Shown: positions 48,501 through 62,852, counted from the stretch's first letter. The stretch: DNA of 64,000 nucleotides from Setoptus koraiensis (GCA_048013815.1 CM106586.1:20274001-20338000); one strand, 5' to 3'. Program-made: numbers and translations. The notes: generated by a model not told the origin, from the letters alone.

Positions 48501-51500
48501 TGGCATTTACATTCGGATTGGCGTTGTGTTTGTATCGGTGTGTCTGTGCCATCCAGACATGCCCTCATGCGTTCGAATGCGCTCCGAATGCGCTCCGAAT
48601 GCGCTCCGAATGCGCTTCGAATGTGTGCCCAAAACCAACACAACAGACCCTGCCGAACAGAGCGAGCGAGCGAGCGAGAAGTAACAGCGAGATTGTTACA
48701 GCGACTGGCAAAAATTTGCTTAGCGCCGTCATGACAACAGCAACGCCAGGCACAGGCCTGGCCGTTGTTATATAACTCCCAACTAACAGTTAGTTATATA
48801 ATAACTCTGACGCAACTCTCTTAGATTGTGTATCTAGATAAGATTTATGAAGTTGGGCAGCAGAGTGAGATTCGCCATCTCAAGTTTGATAAACTCACAC
48901 TTACTCACACAATTGAACTCATATTATCTCTCGTTGTGCCGTTGTTGTCGGTTGTTGCGCCGCTGTCGTTGGTTGTTGCGCTGCTGTCGGTTGTTGCTGG
49001 TTGTTGTGCCGCTGTCGTTGGTTGTTGTCGGTTGTTGCCGGCGTCGGTGGTGCCAGTGGAGCTTGTGCTCGCTTGTGATGATAGAGTCAGATTGGCTGAT
49101 AAGATTGCGAGCTCGGGATGCTCTCTCGCGATGCTTCTCGCTCGCCAATTGCAATCGCGAATTCGTCCTAGTCGCGTCGTCGTAGTCGTTCGAGTGCCGA
49201 GCGAGCCTCCAATTGGGCGACCAATAAAGCAGCGCCGCCAGAATAAAGCAGAAAAGAAAACATGAGAAACGTATCAGAGCTGCCCGTTCAACACAACAAC
49301 GGGCCGGCTATGACAACTCAAGGATCTCATTAAGTTGGCTCAAGTTATTATTATTATTATTATTCACCTGATTATCTGCTGGCTGCTACTTTCGCCAGGC
49401 TGCAGCTCCAAGTTAGTTATTACATAACCAACTTGCTTCTATTATCACCGCCACTGTTGTCAGCGAGTCATTGTTTCATCAGCTGACTGCTTGTTATCGG
49501 CGCCGTATAAGCGCATAAATGTACAACTGCATACCTGGGCACCTGTACCTAGGTACAACCGACTGCGCAACCAACTGTCGGGCTAACTGTGCAACTGCTC
49601 AACTGAACCAACCAAATGAATGGCGCTCGTCCCGACGCGGCCAACCCTTTCCCGCCGGCGCCCACGGGCACAGCGCCACGGCCCGGCACGCCGGCACAGT
49701 TATAATTATCACCTGTCACTATTGATCTGGCGCCCGGCTAGATGCGCGTGCGATACGCGGGCACAACAACCGAGCATTGACTCGTTGGAGTCGCGGTGAC
49801 GCGCGGGCACACGACGCTCGCCGGGCACCTATATGGGCTCTGGGCCCACTCTGCCCGACTGTCGCTGTGTGCGAAGCGAGTACGGACCCGGCGCGCGCCA
49901 CAACAGTGGAATACGTGTGTGTGTGTGTTAACACTTTGCTCTAATAGCGGCGGTCGGCCGGGCTGCTGCCGCCGTCGCCGCCGACGGGGCCAACGGTGCG
50001 GGTCGCGGGCGCGCCATTATCTCTGGCAGCGGATCAAATCGATCTCGTTCTTGGGTGCGAGATTTGATCAAATCCGCACCGATCTCTCTGAGATGAGATC
50101 TCATCTCATCTCGGCCTTTGCGATGTGATCTGTGTGCGCGCGTGCGGTTTGATCAATTGAGTCGCCAAGTCGGACAGCATCGGACAGCTCGCCGGTGGCC
50201 GGGGCGACGCATCGATTTCGTCGTTGCGCGCCCATCGATGGCGCGGCCTTCCGCCATCGATTGCGTCCGCCCGAAATTGGCCCATTCTAACCCATTCCAG
50301 CTAGCCAGTTATCCGGTTGCACTGCCAGACAGTTGTGGCGCTCTCAGTGAGCTATATGTTTCGTGGCGATATTTCACTTGCGCGCCGCACCACTGACAGA
50401 TAAACGTTTGAGAGCGCGCGCGCCGGAAGTGGGCAAACGCGGGCAGCGCCGCTCGTGCCCGACTCGGTAACCAGTTTGTTGATTTACAAATGTCGCTGGC
50501 GCCGCCGCCAATCCGATCCGAAGCCGCCCAATGCCGGCTAGCGCCTATATGCCCGCGCCCCATTGATGCGCCAGCCCCAATTTGCGCTGGCAAACTGAGG
50601 CTGGCAAACTGGGCTGGCAACGGCGGCCGGGCCGGCCACGGAGCGGCGACTCGGCCGCAACCTTGTCGCTGGCGTCATTACGATACGTCTCTATAGTATG
50701 CTGCTGTAAACGAGCCGAAACAGGAAATGGAATGTTTACCATTAGACGGTGGCGCCACTTGTCATTCCGTTGGCACCGCCGTTTGTCTTGTTGTGCTGAA
50801 TGCTGACACACGCACCAGATGCATATAATCTAATTTTGTGGGCCGCTGGCCGGGCGCCGCCAGCGGGCCCGCGCCGGCCGCCCGTTCACAATGTTCGCGC
50901 ACACAATCAATTCAATGCGCTCGGTGGGCTCGGCGGCGCGAACGACGGCCGCCTTATCAAGCCGCATCGAGTCACATCGGGCTGCGGCCGGCCGGCGTGC
51001 AACCGCAAGAGGCGGGTCCCGTCGGCTCATAAGTGGCGCGCGGTCGCGAAACTGGTTAGTTGGCCCACTGGCCAGTAGTTGTATTCAAATGAGACGATGA
51101 TTATCGTCTAGATCGTATCTCGGCCGGCCAGTGGTCAGGCGCTATGTGTAAGCGGCGATATGTGCGATATGCGCGCACCAGCGCCCCACTGAATGGAGCC
51201 AGCAAACAAACAAACGCACTCATCTGGCGCTATATCTGGCCACTTTCATCTCGCAATGATGATGCATTATTGTTGTGCTATTACTGCCTAAGCCACCGCT
51301 ACATTATGTGGTGTACGACGTAAAGCCGGCCAGCATTTATTTATGCTCGATATTTATGCATAAATCTCGCCAAGCCGAGCCCGGCGATACGAATCTCGCC
51401 GAGCCGACGATTTGTTTAATAAGTCGGCCCGCGCGAGTCGCTTGCGCCCACGCCACCGCGACCATGTCCATGACCGACAGGCGCCGGCCAGGCCGGACGA

Positions 51501-51864
51501 GCGGGCGCTGGCGCCATTTTCGAACGGGCCCGATCGCGGCGATCAAATCGTTTCGGAATTGGCACGGCTCCCACTGCGGCAATTGGCACCAAGTCACTGT
51601 GGCGCAGTGCGCGCTACATCGCGGCCGCTTATGCGCTCGCCTACGCGGCGCTATGCGCATTCGCTGGCTGCCGATGGCCGTGTTCTTTGCGTCGAATTTG
51701 ACGCCCCATTTTTGCGACAGTGCGACGGGCGGGGGCCCTGATATCCGCGCGTATACGCGGGTATTTCGGGGCGGATACATCGGGCCGGACACATCGGGCC
51801 GATATATCGGGGCGGATACACCAGCGCGGCGCATATAGGCGCTCGCCGATATGTGCGCCGCGCC

Positions 51865-51950
51865 GATACATTCGCGTATTCGCGTATTCGAGTATTCGCG
51901 TATTCGCGTATTCGCGTATTCGCGTATTCGCGTATTCGCACATCCGCACA
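51865..51950 (+). repeat. 8-bp tandem repeat (TATTCGCG)n
   Basis: About eight copies. Confidence 0.85.
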
Positions 51951-54900
51951 TCCGCAGGCGAGACGCTCTGCGCGCTGTGCGAGCCGCGCACGGCGCAGAT
52001 TCCAAATCGGAATTTCCAATGGGAGACCAACGGGAGACCGATGGGAGACCGACGGGAGACTCGCGGGCCGGATCGCGAGCGGGCAGCGGCCCCCGCGACG
52101 GCGCCCGCCGTGGGCCGCCGACCAGATGGCGCGACCGGCGACCGTCCGAGCAGCGACTCAACCACGCGCTCCCATTAGGCCGACAACAGCAATTAACTTT
52201 GAGCTGCGGCCCACAATGGATCGCGAGACGTGTGAGAGTCACTGTCAGTGGGCCAGCCAAAATTGATTATACAATTTATACTGCGAGGCCGCTCATGGCG
52301 CGCGCCGCCTAGACGCCGCCGAGGGCAGCTCGCAAACGCGCTATGTGCCCTATATGCGCCCTCTGCCCGAGCTGTTCGGCTATTTCGAGCTCCCAAATAA
52401 CTGAAGCTAGCTAAACGATCTCGCCAAACGAGCTAGCGGCGCCCGCCGAGCTACAACTAGCCGAGCAACTGGCCCGCAACACATTTGGCTCGTCTGGCTG
52501 CAAACTCGTCGCGTCGCATCGCATCACAATGACGCAATGACGCAATGACGCAATGACGCAACGACGCAACGACGCAACGACTTTGCGACTCAGTGACGTC
52601 ACTCGTTGTCGGCTGTTGGCTTAACGACGGCGCGCCTTGGCACGGCGCCGCTATTACCCGGCCTATAATGGGTGTCGCCCCAACAGGCGCGGCTATGTTT
52701 GCGCCCGTCACACACAGTCTGTTCGCGAGCTATGTGTTGTGCACTGGCGGCGATCACATAAACGGCGCGGATAATATATGTACGTATGTGATGTACGTAA
52801 TGTGTGTACGCTGGCGAGGGGCCCATATAGGCGCTCGTCGGGCCGCAGCCGTCGGGCGGGCGGGCCGCGCGTGCGAGCTCGCAGCGCGTTTAGAGTCAAT
52901 TTAAAATTGACTTTTAAGCTCGCGCGCGTCACCCAGACACATAGGTGATTACACAGACCCGGCCGGCTTGTAATCCCGGCGATCTGTAAACAAGCGCTGC
53001 CAGCAACGAACGCTGGCTTCGGGGCCGCCTCAAACGGCCCCGCCGAAGCCAGCGAAGTCGTGGGGCCCCAAAGAACAAAGTTGCCAGCGCTAACTGACTT
53101 TCTGTTCGCTGAGTCAGCCACTTTCGCTGGGCCCCACGGCGTGTATATCCACTGTTGGTGTGTGTGTGCGTGTGTGTGTGCAACTGGGCGACTTCTTAAC
53201 AGTGTGCGGCCGACAGTTACGAGTTAACCAGTTGTCTGTCGACGCATAAGAATGGCAACGTCGCCAACGTTCGGACGCGTTGTGCGGCGCGTGTTTGCAC
53301 GTGCCGCGCCAGCAATTTCAACGATTTAAACTTGATCATTTCGATTGAACGCGCGCGCCGAACGCGCACGAGCTGGCCCGCTGGCTGGCCGGCCGACAGC
53401 CGAACAGGCTCGAACTGTTCGAACTGTTGGAACTGTTGGAACTGTTGGAACTGGCTCGAACTGCTCAAACTGCTCGCACCGCTCGAACCCGGCCGAACGT
53501 TCGCGAGCGCGAGCCCGTTCGACGGTGCCCGCCACGCAGTGTCGGGCGGCGCTGACGGAGCTTGTCGGCGCGAACCCGCCAGAAGAATGGGCCGCCAAAA
53601 AACGGGCCCCACGACCCAAATGAGCCCGTGCCAAACGAGTCGCCGGCGGCCTTCGTAGGCTGCGAGTCGTAGCGGTTGCGGGAGGCGCTGCTCGCAGCCA
53701 CTGTGCCGCCCCGCTCGCGAATCGCCCCTTGTTGTCTCAGCAACGCGAGCGAGCGCGTGCAGCGCTGGCAGTTCGCGCGTCGGGTGCGCGCCCGACTGGC
53801 GTTGCGTCGAACGGGCGCCCGTCCGCCGGGCAACGGCGGGCCCGCCAACGCCAGCAAACCGGCAAACGATTAAGTATAGGCCGCGCCGAGATTTATGATC
53901 TTGTTGGCCCGTCCATTACATGACACCGGCGGGCCCCGGCGGCTGGGCTGGCCGGATCCCGCGACTGGTCGTGCGCGGCGCGCAAACCAGTTTTGGCCGC
54001 ATCCGATGCACGCGGGCTCGTGATCGTCACCTCGGCGCCGGCCACACTTCATTGGCCGCACGGGCCCACTCTGATATATATACTGCTGAATACACAGCCG
54101 ACTGCGAGCGGCCACCACCACGCGCCCGTTATTCACGTGATAAATAACAGATACAAGTGAAAATGATAATGGCCGCTGGCCGCTTTGGGGCCGGCCCGAG
54201 CGGCTGAAACAATGCGCAAACATCAGCAAGTTTGCTCTGGCGCGCCCGCCGTCCAGCTAATGATGGTCGAATCGGCCGGCGGCCGGCCCGCAGCAATGAG
54301 TGATGATTGGGCATTAATATCGCTTCGGCTGCCAGTTGTTCGCGTCTGCAGCAGCGACTCGAGCCACGCCGGCAGAGCACAAACCGGGCCGCACGACCAA
54401 CCGACCGGGCCGGACAACCAACCCAGCTGGCCGGCCCGTTGGTCCGGCTGTCCGCGCTCCGAGCTGGCGACTCGTTTATCGTCGCTTGCAACGGCACGCA
54501 GCAAATAACGCCGCAACAATATGCATAGCAGCGCATATAGCACCGCTGCTATGCAGATTGTTGCATAACAGCGGGGCTATATGTTGTTTATATATATACA
54601 TATGGTGCCAAATGTTACGCAACGCTGTGCGGCCACTTTATGCAACGCTGTGCGGCCATGTTTTGCAACGTTGTGCAATGCGCGCATATGGACCGCATGT
54701 CGCCGGGCCGGCCCGGTCGCAATCGAGCAAGACCAACGGTATCTCATCAAGATAATCTCTGCGTTGTTGTGGGCACAGCCGCCGCCAGATAGCATCTCTC
54801 TGGCGGCTACTTACACACTTTGTCGAGCACACAGTCGCTCGACCGGCGGCCATTGTGACGGGCGGGCCGGCGACCTTGGCAGCGGTGACACTTGTCGCTG

Positions 54901-55066
54901 TTTGCTGGCTTCCTTGTTGCGCAACAAACATGTTGGCGCAACTGGCGAGCTCGCGCGAGCGACATTACGTAACGTGTGCAAGCGATATTGCGTAACATGT
55001 ATGAATAATTTCATGCGACGTGCATAAACAATGGCTATTCGAATGGGGTGCTGTCGCGTGAATATG

Positions 55067-55146
55067 ACACTGTGTGAATATGACCCTGTGTGAATATGAC
55101 ACTGTGTGAATATGATGCTGTGTGAATATGATGCTGTGTGAATATG
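55067..55146 (+). repeat. 17-bp tandem repeat (TGTGTGAATATGACAC/T..)n
   Basis: About five copies. Confidence 0.8.
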
Positions 55147-57159
55147 GCATCGTGCCAGTATGACATTGAGTCACTCAATTTGAGTGCGAGTATGAATATG
55201 AGATTGAATTTGATCGCTGTCTGACCAAATTCACGCGCCGCAACAACAGGTTAGTCGGCTAGTCGGGCGTTTGTCGGTCGCACAGTTTGTCGGCCGCACG
55301 GTTTGTCGGCGGCACAGTTTGTCGGTCGCACAGTTTGTCGGTCAGTTGTCAGTTGGCGTCGCGACTCGCGATCCATGGGCCCGTTTTCGAGCCGCCGAGC
55401 CCAACACCGACCAACTGCATTCGGGCCGCTAATCTATTTAAATTCATCGCGGCGATGATGTTAATTTGAATTCGAATCGGCCGGCCGGGTATCAATTGAT
55501 CAAAGTCAATCACCTGAGCGAGCCACTCGCAAGTTGGGAGTCGCAACGGTCGCTCAGGTGATCCATCTCCATCGCTGTCTGACAATCAATCATCGCGAAA
55601 ACTTGCCAGCGAGCAATTCCGACTCGCTGGATCCGCATGTGACGAGCTTGCTGATCTATTTAAAAGTGGCGGCTCGTTTCGCACTCGCCGGGCGCCCTTT
55701 CGGGCGACCATTTCGCAATTGTCCGATTCGTTGCGACTGGCGACTGGCCTATAACGCCCTCTCACCTGATACCTGGCGCGTCTATGGGGGGCATTGCACA
55801 TCATATACCTGTCGGTATATTCCTCTCGCTGCCGGTAGGGCCCACAATAACAGTGGTTGTGGGCCGCTGGGATATTGTCGCCGGGCCAGTTGAGCCCGTC
55901 CCGGCGACAATATCCGCCAACAATGGCTGACCGACTATCGCCCGTTGCCCGGTGCAGCCGTTGGCCGGCCAAGGGTCGCGCAATGGTCTGGCGGCGGCCC
56001 CTCGGCCGGGTTGCGTTGGTTGTGTCGCGACGCTTTTAATTGTTTGTTTGTGTTCGGCTTCGAAATTGCAGCTTCAAGTTGCCGGCCCGAGTGGCAGGCC
56101 CAAACTGCAGCCTCCACTGGCGGCTTGCAACGCTGCGCAGCCGAGTGCTCGCGAGACGCGACTTATCTGGCGAGATCTTGATCTCAATCTCGCTCCATCT
56201 CGATCGGCTCGTCGGGCGGCTGGCTGACTCTGGCCGGCTTTTGTTCACTTGTTATGTATTGCTGAATGAGCCTGTATTAATATCGATATCAGTGGCCATT
56301 GCTCACAAAAGCAGCCAGCTCACAAGGCAACAGCAACGACAACAACCGCCAGCCAGAGAACAGTGACGACCGGCCAACAACAGCAACCAGCAACCACCGG
56401 CCAACAACAACGGCAACACATTGGTGGTTGTCGGTGAATGACGCAACGACGTCGCGATAAACGCTGGTCGTTTGATAAAGGTTTGATAAGGCTCGATAAG
56501 GCAGCGAGAGAAAGAAAAAACAGAGTAAGTCACGCCACGCTAATTACTACCATCACTACTATTGCCAATCTATGTAGTTCATCATGTTACTTTTCATTTG
56601 TTACATAACACACACACACTGAACAATGATGCTGATGGTAGTTACGCAACAACACAACAGCGCCGCTAAACAACAAGTGTGTGCGCAATCAATTTGATAA
56701 GCTCTCAACTGACCATTTGAGACTGACCAATTAGCGTAACGAAGTGAATTGACCATTAAGTCATTATCTCATTATCGTGCTCTTTACCTGTCCAGTTCAA
56801 TGTGATTTATTGAGCATTGCGCTGACTATTTTGTAGCCGACGAGCCGGCGCAAGAGCTAGCCGGTGCAGCCTAGGACAATGACAGGACAGTATGATTTTG
56901 GCGAGCTTGCTGCCTGAGAGGGGCGCTTGTATGTGCGCAACTTGTGTGATACAAGCGCAGCCACAAGTAGCGGTGAGAGGGCAGCCAGCAGCAAGCCCAA
57001 GCTAAAATAAAGACAGAAGATACACTCTAGCGGAGAGATCTTCAAACGAGATACCACGAACCGACCAAACATACAGGCCGGCGCAACAACAATCGATTGG
57101 CGTCCCAACAACGAGCTTGTTAGCCACTTAGCCGGCCAGCAACAACAACAGCCAGCCAA

Positions 57160-57275
57160 CAGCAACAACAACCAGCCAACAACAACCAGCCAACAACAAC
57201 CAGCCAACAACAACCAGCCAACAACAACCAGCCAGCAGCAACAACCAGCCAACAGCAACAACCAGCCAACAACGG
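57160..57275 (+). repeat. 14-bp tandem repeat (CAACCAGCCAACAA)n with variants
   Basis: Several copies; related units at 56330-56420. Confidence 0.8.
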
Positions 57276-58991
57276 CCAGATAACAATAATAATTGTGCAG
57301 GCTTGATAAACAAAGTATAAATAAATATTTATACTCCCAATACGTATAAGCGACTTTGAGCGATGATAAAATCGTCTGATAACCATTCCATGCAACATGG
57401 TTGTTGCTGCTGGCGGCGTTGCGTAACGCGCCCTGTTGTATCTTTCAAGATGACGAACGCTTGTGTCGCTTGTATACAAGCGTGGCTTGGGTGCCGAGCT
57501 CCAGACGGAGCTGCAAACGCAACGGTATTTTGCTGGTCGCTTCGTTTGGGCCGACCGGCACAACAACCTGTCAGACAGAGTGACTGTCTGACGAGAGTCG
57601 TTTCTCGACAGTGAGTCTAGACGCGCTCGTTTTGCGCCAGAGAATCTCCGACGACAGCCTATCAGCATGCAACATTGTCAGCCAGGCCATTAGCTGGCCG
57701 CCATTAGCCTGTCCCGTCGTCTAGGGCCTGAAATTTTGGCTCAAAATACTTAAAATAGGGCTCGAGACACTTTAAAATACCTCGGCACTTTGCAATACCC
57801 GCACACTAACGTATTTCGGAATGTACCCAGCAGTTTTGGAGTATTTCGCTGCAAGATACCCCGGCAATCGCAAATTCCCCGGCTGCCCGTTGGGTGGGCG
57901 CCGGGGAGAGTGTTGGTCGGGGCGCTGGGAGTGCTCGTCGGGCGTTGGGAGTGTTGGTCGGGTTGGCCGTCGCGGGCGCACGAAACAATCACTTTTCAAT
58001 GGTTATAATCCGATGCTTATCTGGGCCCATTAGTCGTCGAGTTGCTGGCAAAACAGTGGGCAAGCCGGCCCAAAAGCGGCCAAAGTGGGGCCACTTGGCC
58101 AGTTAGCTAACTAAGATAACCAGCTTTAAAGGGGCGCCTTCTTCACGCTGCCTGATCGATGTTTGAGTTGCGCCTCCGAGTGCCAGGCAACGAAATTTTC
58201 GACGAGTCATTCGATGAGTCACATACGAAGCGACCTTGTTTCATAATGATAATCTGGCGCGCCGCGCGATTGTGCCAGCCAGTGATCGAATCGGCTCGCT
58301 GTGCCGCAATTTATCCGCTCACACTGTGATCAGAGTTCAATTTATCCGCTCACAGGCGGATCGGGTCGCAGTTATAGAGTCGCAAGTCGTGCACGTTACA
58401 ACGGTGCACGGTGCGCGCGCGGTGTACGCGCCAGCCATCGGGCGCAATTGCCCGAATTGGCAATTGTCACTTTTGAATCGACCGCTGCTGGCCATGTTGG
58501 CAACGCCGGCCATTATTGGATTATCGTCATCAGCGGGCCCCGATTCAACCGGCAGGGGCCCGATTCGGAGGACAGGGGCCTCGATCGGAGGGACATAGAG
58601 GCCCGATTCGACCGGAAGGGGCCCGATTGGAGGCGCAGCCGCGCACAGAGAACAGAAATGATGGTGGCTCGCTGCGCACAGGCGCGCCCTTGTCTATATT
58701 GTCTGGCCAGTGTGCGCGATATGCGACATGACGAGTCTATTTAGGCGCCAGTTGGCCATCACGGCCACACACATAAATACCGTATTTATATGTATTGTCG
58801 ATTGATACTGGCTGCCTGATACACACGCCAAGTCATAATTTAGGTCAGCATGTATTATTTATGGCATTTGTCGCTTGGGTCGCTGCTGCCGTTGCGTCAT
58901 GTGTCACTCACTCGTCGGCGTGCGTGTGTGTGTCGCCGCACACAAACTCTTGAACAAGTAGAAAAGTTGCACACACACACACACACACACA

Positions 58992-59034
58992 CACTGTTAA
59001 ACAGTGACTGTTAAACAGTCACTGTTTAACAGTG
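58992..59034. repeat. Perfect 21-bp inverted repeat with a 1-nt centre
   Basis: CACTGTTAAACAGTGACTGTT-A-AACAGTCACTGTTTAACAGTG; the arms are exact reverse complements. Confidence 0.9.
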
Positions 59035-61809
59035 ACAGTGTTACGTTACGTAACGTTACGTAATAACGCAACAGCACAGCGAGTTTGTAGCAGCACAGTT
59101 AGTGGCAGTGGCAGTGGCATTTTGGCAGCGCCATTGCGTCATCACCTAGACAATGGCGCTCAACTGGTCAGTCGGAAAGCGGTCAACAGACAGCGTCAAC
59201 AAACAGTGGACAAACGGCGCTCAAGTGACTCACTGGCGTGACTTACGTAACTCACGCGACTGTTTTTGGGCGCGCTTGTGTGCCGTATGATTTGCGCAAC
59301 GGTGGTCGAAAAGCGTGCCGTTGGCAGTCGGTTGTTGCCCGTTGAGTGGAGCCCCGGCGCGAGATCGCTCACGTCGGGCCCCGGAATGCGCCCGTCGGAC
59401 AAGTGTGGGCTCGCGCGGCACAGGGAGCAGCGCAGCTCTGCTGTAGAGAGAGCTAGAGAGAATTAGAGATTGAACTAACGTAGAGCTGGCTCCACTGTTC
59501 GGGTGTGCCGAGCAACGGTCAACTGGCACGACAAAGTCACAAAGATTGCGGTCAGGTGATGGCGCAACTGACCGCAACAGAAATGCCCAACGGCCAACCG
59601 AACGTTGCGCAACTGAATATTCAGCGCGCCGCGTGATGACGCAAGCATCGTCTGGTCGCATCATAACGCCAGCACAATTGCCGACGTCTCTGCTGTCGTT
59701 GTTGTCGCTGTTGTTGCTGTTGCCTCTGCCGCTGCCAGCAACGACGACAACAACAACCACGCCAACAACAACCACGCCAACACAACAACGAAGGCAACAA
59801 CAGCGACGGCAACAACAACAACCACGCCAACAACCACGACGACGGCGACAGTATCAGCGCGAGAGATGACGGCCCGCGATAAGACGGGTCGGGCACGACG
59901 ACGCACGCATGAATGATGTGTGTTTGCTCAATTGTGCGCCCGGAGCAGCGTTCCGAGCGCCATTCGGCCCGCAACTGGGCCGGCCGGCGCGACTTGTCTC
60001 GGAGCTTCGACGGCCGGCGCGGCTTCTCTCGGAACTCCGGCGGACCGAGCGGCCGAGGCAACTGCGCCCGCCGACACACGGACTGTCGCTGCAGCGCCGG
60101 CCAATGTTGTGCCGAGGATCGTTGTGCAACGGCGCGGATTGTTGTTGTGCGTGCCCGGAGTGGCCCGCTGGCCTCTCCTCGCTGGCCAGCCTGTGCGGGC
60201 CGGACCGCGCGAACCAATATCGCACACAACGCACTGCTAAATACTGGCGAAATACGGGCCAAACATTGGCCAAACATTGGCCAAATATGGGCCAAATATT
60301 GATTTGCAAACCGATCCGGCCAAGACGTGCGCCGGCCGCCGCCGCGCCGATCGGGATCTATAATGGCTTCGGACGCTCGCAGCGCTCAGCGGACAGCGAC
60401 GCTCGGCCGAGGCGGCCCGAAGTGTGGGAGCCGCGTCCATTGGCTTCCCGTTGCCGCTTGCCGGCCGTCCGGCCGTCTGCGCCGCAGTGGCTTGCGGAGC
60501 GGCGTCGCGAGCGCGCCGCCTCGTCGGGCCGCCGCGCCCCGAGAATCTCGAGCGCAGATGCAATCGGATAAGGCGCGTCGCTGCTGTCGCGCCCGTCGCC
60601 ACGAAGGCGCTCGCTCTCGAGTCAGTGTCGCGATCTCGAGTGGCCGCAAGTCTCGCGATCGCGAGCCTCCCAGTTCGAGCGACCCGGCAGGGCGACCCGG
60701 CAGAGCGACCGAGAGAGCGACTAGAGAGCGACCGAGAGCGACCGTGAGCGACCGAGAGCGACCGAGAGAGCGAGAGTGCATGAGTTACAATGATAATATA
60801 TCATGGTGTGACAACTTTCGCAGACCGTGGCGCCAGCCTCAATTAAGAGCCCGTTGGCTGGTCGGCGCTGGGCGTCGCAGCGCCGGCACTGGCCAGCAGC
60901 GGCCAGTTATGGGCAATATTTGGCCGGCCACGGCCGCGCTTGACCAATTTAAATTTAATTGATCCGACTGGCCGAAGCGGCCATTCACTGGCGGCCGTCG
61001 CGCCCGAGCTCGCGATGCGAGCCGCCGGCCGAGTCGAGCAGCCGGCGTTGCGCGCAACAGCACAGGTGAGTGCTCGTCGACTGACACCGAGTTGCAGACG
61101 ACGATTATCTGCTTAATTGAGTTTGGCGAGTCTCAGCGAAATACTCAATTAAGTGGCTCAATGGCCAGTTTTGCGGCAACAGCAACAACAGCAGCAACAA
61201 CAGCAGCAACAGCAGCAACAGCAACGACAACAACAACAATCGCGCGATTTGCAATATCATAACGGCGCTGGCGAGCAAATTCCAGACTCGGCCGGCGCAT
61301 AAACTCAGTTTATAAAACTGTCACTGGTGGCACAGTTCACATTCTCGCCAATATCGACTCTTATCGACCCCATCGAGCATATTCGCAAGATCAGCCGAAA
61401 TTGTTGTTGTTTTATATATGTTGTTGTTGTCGTTGCTGTTGCCGCAAAACTGGCCATTGAGCTGCCACCAGTAATAAGTGAAATTTCAAGTTTATCTCGG
61501 CCGGTCATCGTGGCCGGCGCCAGCGCTCACCTGCGACCGGTCTGGGCCGCACTTGCACGGCCAGCGCCATGTCCAGCCGACAGTGGCTCCCCCTCGGACG
61601 CGAGCGAGCGCTGCTGTGACATTCCCGACCGACTGGCGAGCTCCTATTCACGATTGGCGATTGAGCGTCGCTCGCGATCGTTGGGCCAATTATGCCACGG
61701 CATCCATCATGCTCCGGCGGCGGAATATCGCGGCCGGCTGTTGGCGCACCCGAACGGGCGATCGGCATGAAACGTTGCAAATATTGAAAGTGTCGAAAAC
61801 GCGGAAAAC

Positions 61810-61985
61810 GTTGGAACGCCGAAACGCCGAAACGTCGAAAATATCGAAACGCCGAAACGTTGAAAATATCGAAACGCCGAAACGTCGAAAATATCGAAAC
61901 GCCGAAACGTCGAAAATATCGAAACGCCGAAACGTCGAAAATATCGAAACGCCGAAAATATCGAAAAGGCCGAAAATACCGAAAG
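61810..61985 (+). repeat. ~25-bp tandem repeat (GAAAATATCGAAACGCCGAAACGTC)n
   Basis: About six degenerate copies just 3' of the SDR gene. Confidence 0.85.
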
Positions 61986-62051
61986 ATGCGAAATTGGGCG
62001 CCCGGTGCGGGTTTCGCCTACTTTATTTTACAAATGTTTATCGTGTCCGCG

Positions 62052-62852
62052 TTACTTGGGCGCCGGCTTTCGCTCGATGCCGGCCGCCGGAAAGGCGGGC
62101 TTGATGGCGTGGCCGCCGTCAATCAGCAGATCAGTTCCGGTGATGAAGGAGGCGTCGTCCGAGGCCAAATACGCTATCGCCTTGGCGATTTCGTCGCTCT
62201 CGCCGGCCCGGCCAACAACGCACGTCTTGCCCGCGAATTTTCTAAATATGTCCTCCGTAAGGCCGAAATTTTTCACTATGGGCGTCACCACCGGTCCCGG
62301 CAAGACCGCATTAACGCGCACATCCGGTCCGAGGTCTATGGCCAGGCATTTTGTAAGCATGCTAAGGCCCGCTTTTGACACACAATAAGCGTAGGCGCTG
62401 TCCGACGGTTTCTGGCTTGCCACGCTGGCCACGTTGACAATGTTGCCCTTGGTTTTTCGCAAATGGGGCACGCAACCAAGTGACAGTCGCACGGCCGAGT
62501 CCAAATTGATGGACATGGTCTGACGGTAGACGTCGTAACTGTTCTTTTGTTCAACATTGAAACATTTGGTCAATACACCGGCGTTGTTTACAAGAACGTC
62601 GACACGGCCGAATCTGTCCAGTGTTTGTTTGAGAATGGCGTCGCCATTGTCGGGCTCGCGCAAGTCCGCTACCACGGCCACCGGCTCGAAGCCCTTGGGC
62701 GACAAACCCTTGCACTCGGCCACAACCCGATCCAATTTGGCCCGGTTGCTGCCGCTCACCACGACCTGATAACCGTTTTTCAGAAACAATTTCGCCGTGG
62801 CCTCTCCAATGCCCGAGCTGGATCCGGTGATGATGGCCACCTTGTCAGTCAT
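62052..62852 (-). CDS. Classical short-chain dehydrogenase/reductase (FabG/glucose dehydrogenase-like), intronless
   Basis: TGSSSGIG, NNAG, catalytic S...YCVSK, VRVNAVLPG, FITGTDLLIDGG. Confidence 0.93.
   Translation of the reverse strand: MTDKVAIITGSSSGIGEATAKLFLKNGYQVVVSGSNRAKLDRVVAECKGLSPKGFEPVAVVADLREPDNGDAILKQTLDRFGRVDVLVNNAGVLTKCFNVEQKNSYDVYRQTMSINLDSAVRLSLGCVPHLRKTKGNIVNVASVASQKPSDSAYAYCVSKAGLSMLTKCLAIDLGPDVRVNAVLPGPVVTPIVKNFGLTEDIFRKFAGKTCVVGRAGESDEIAKAIAYLASDDASFITGTDLLIDGGHAIKPAFPAAGIERKPAPK

Noticed and set aside
46000-62000. Dozens of overlapping 60-300 aa ORFs on both strands
   Set aside because: Arg/Ala/Gly/Pro-rich products of GC-rich and tandem-repeat DNA, with no domains and mutual overlap in all frames.
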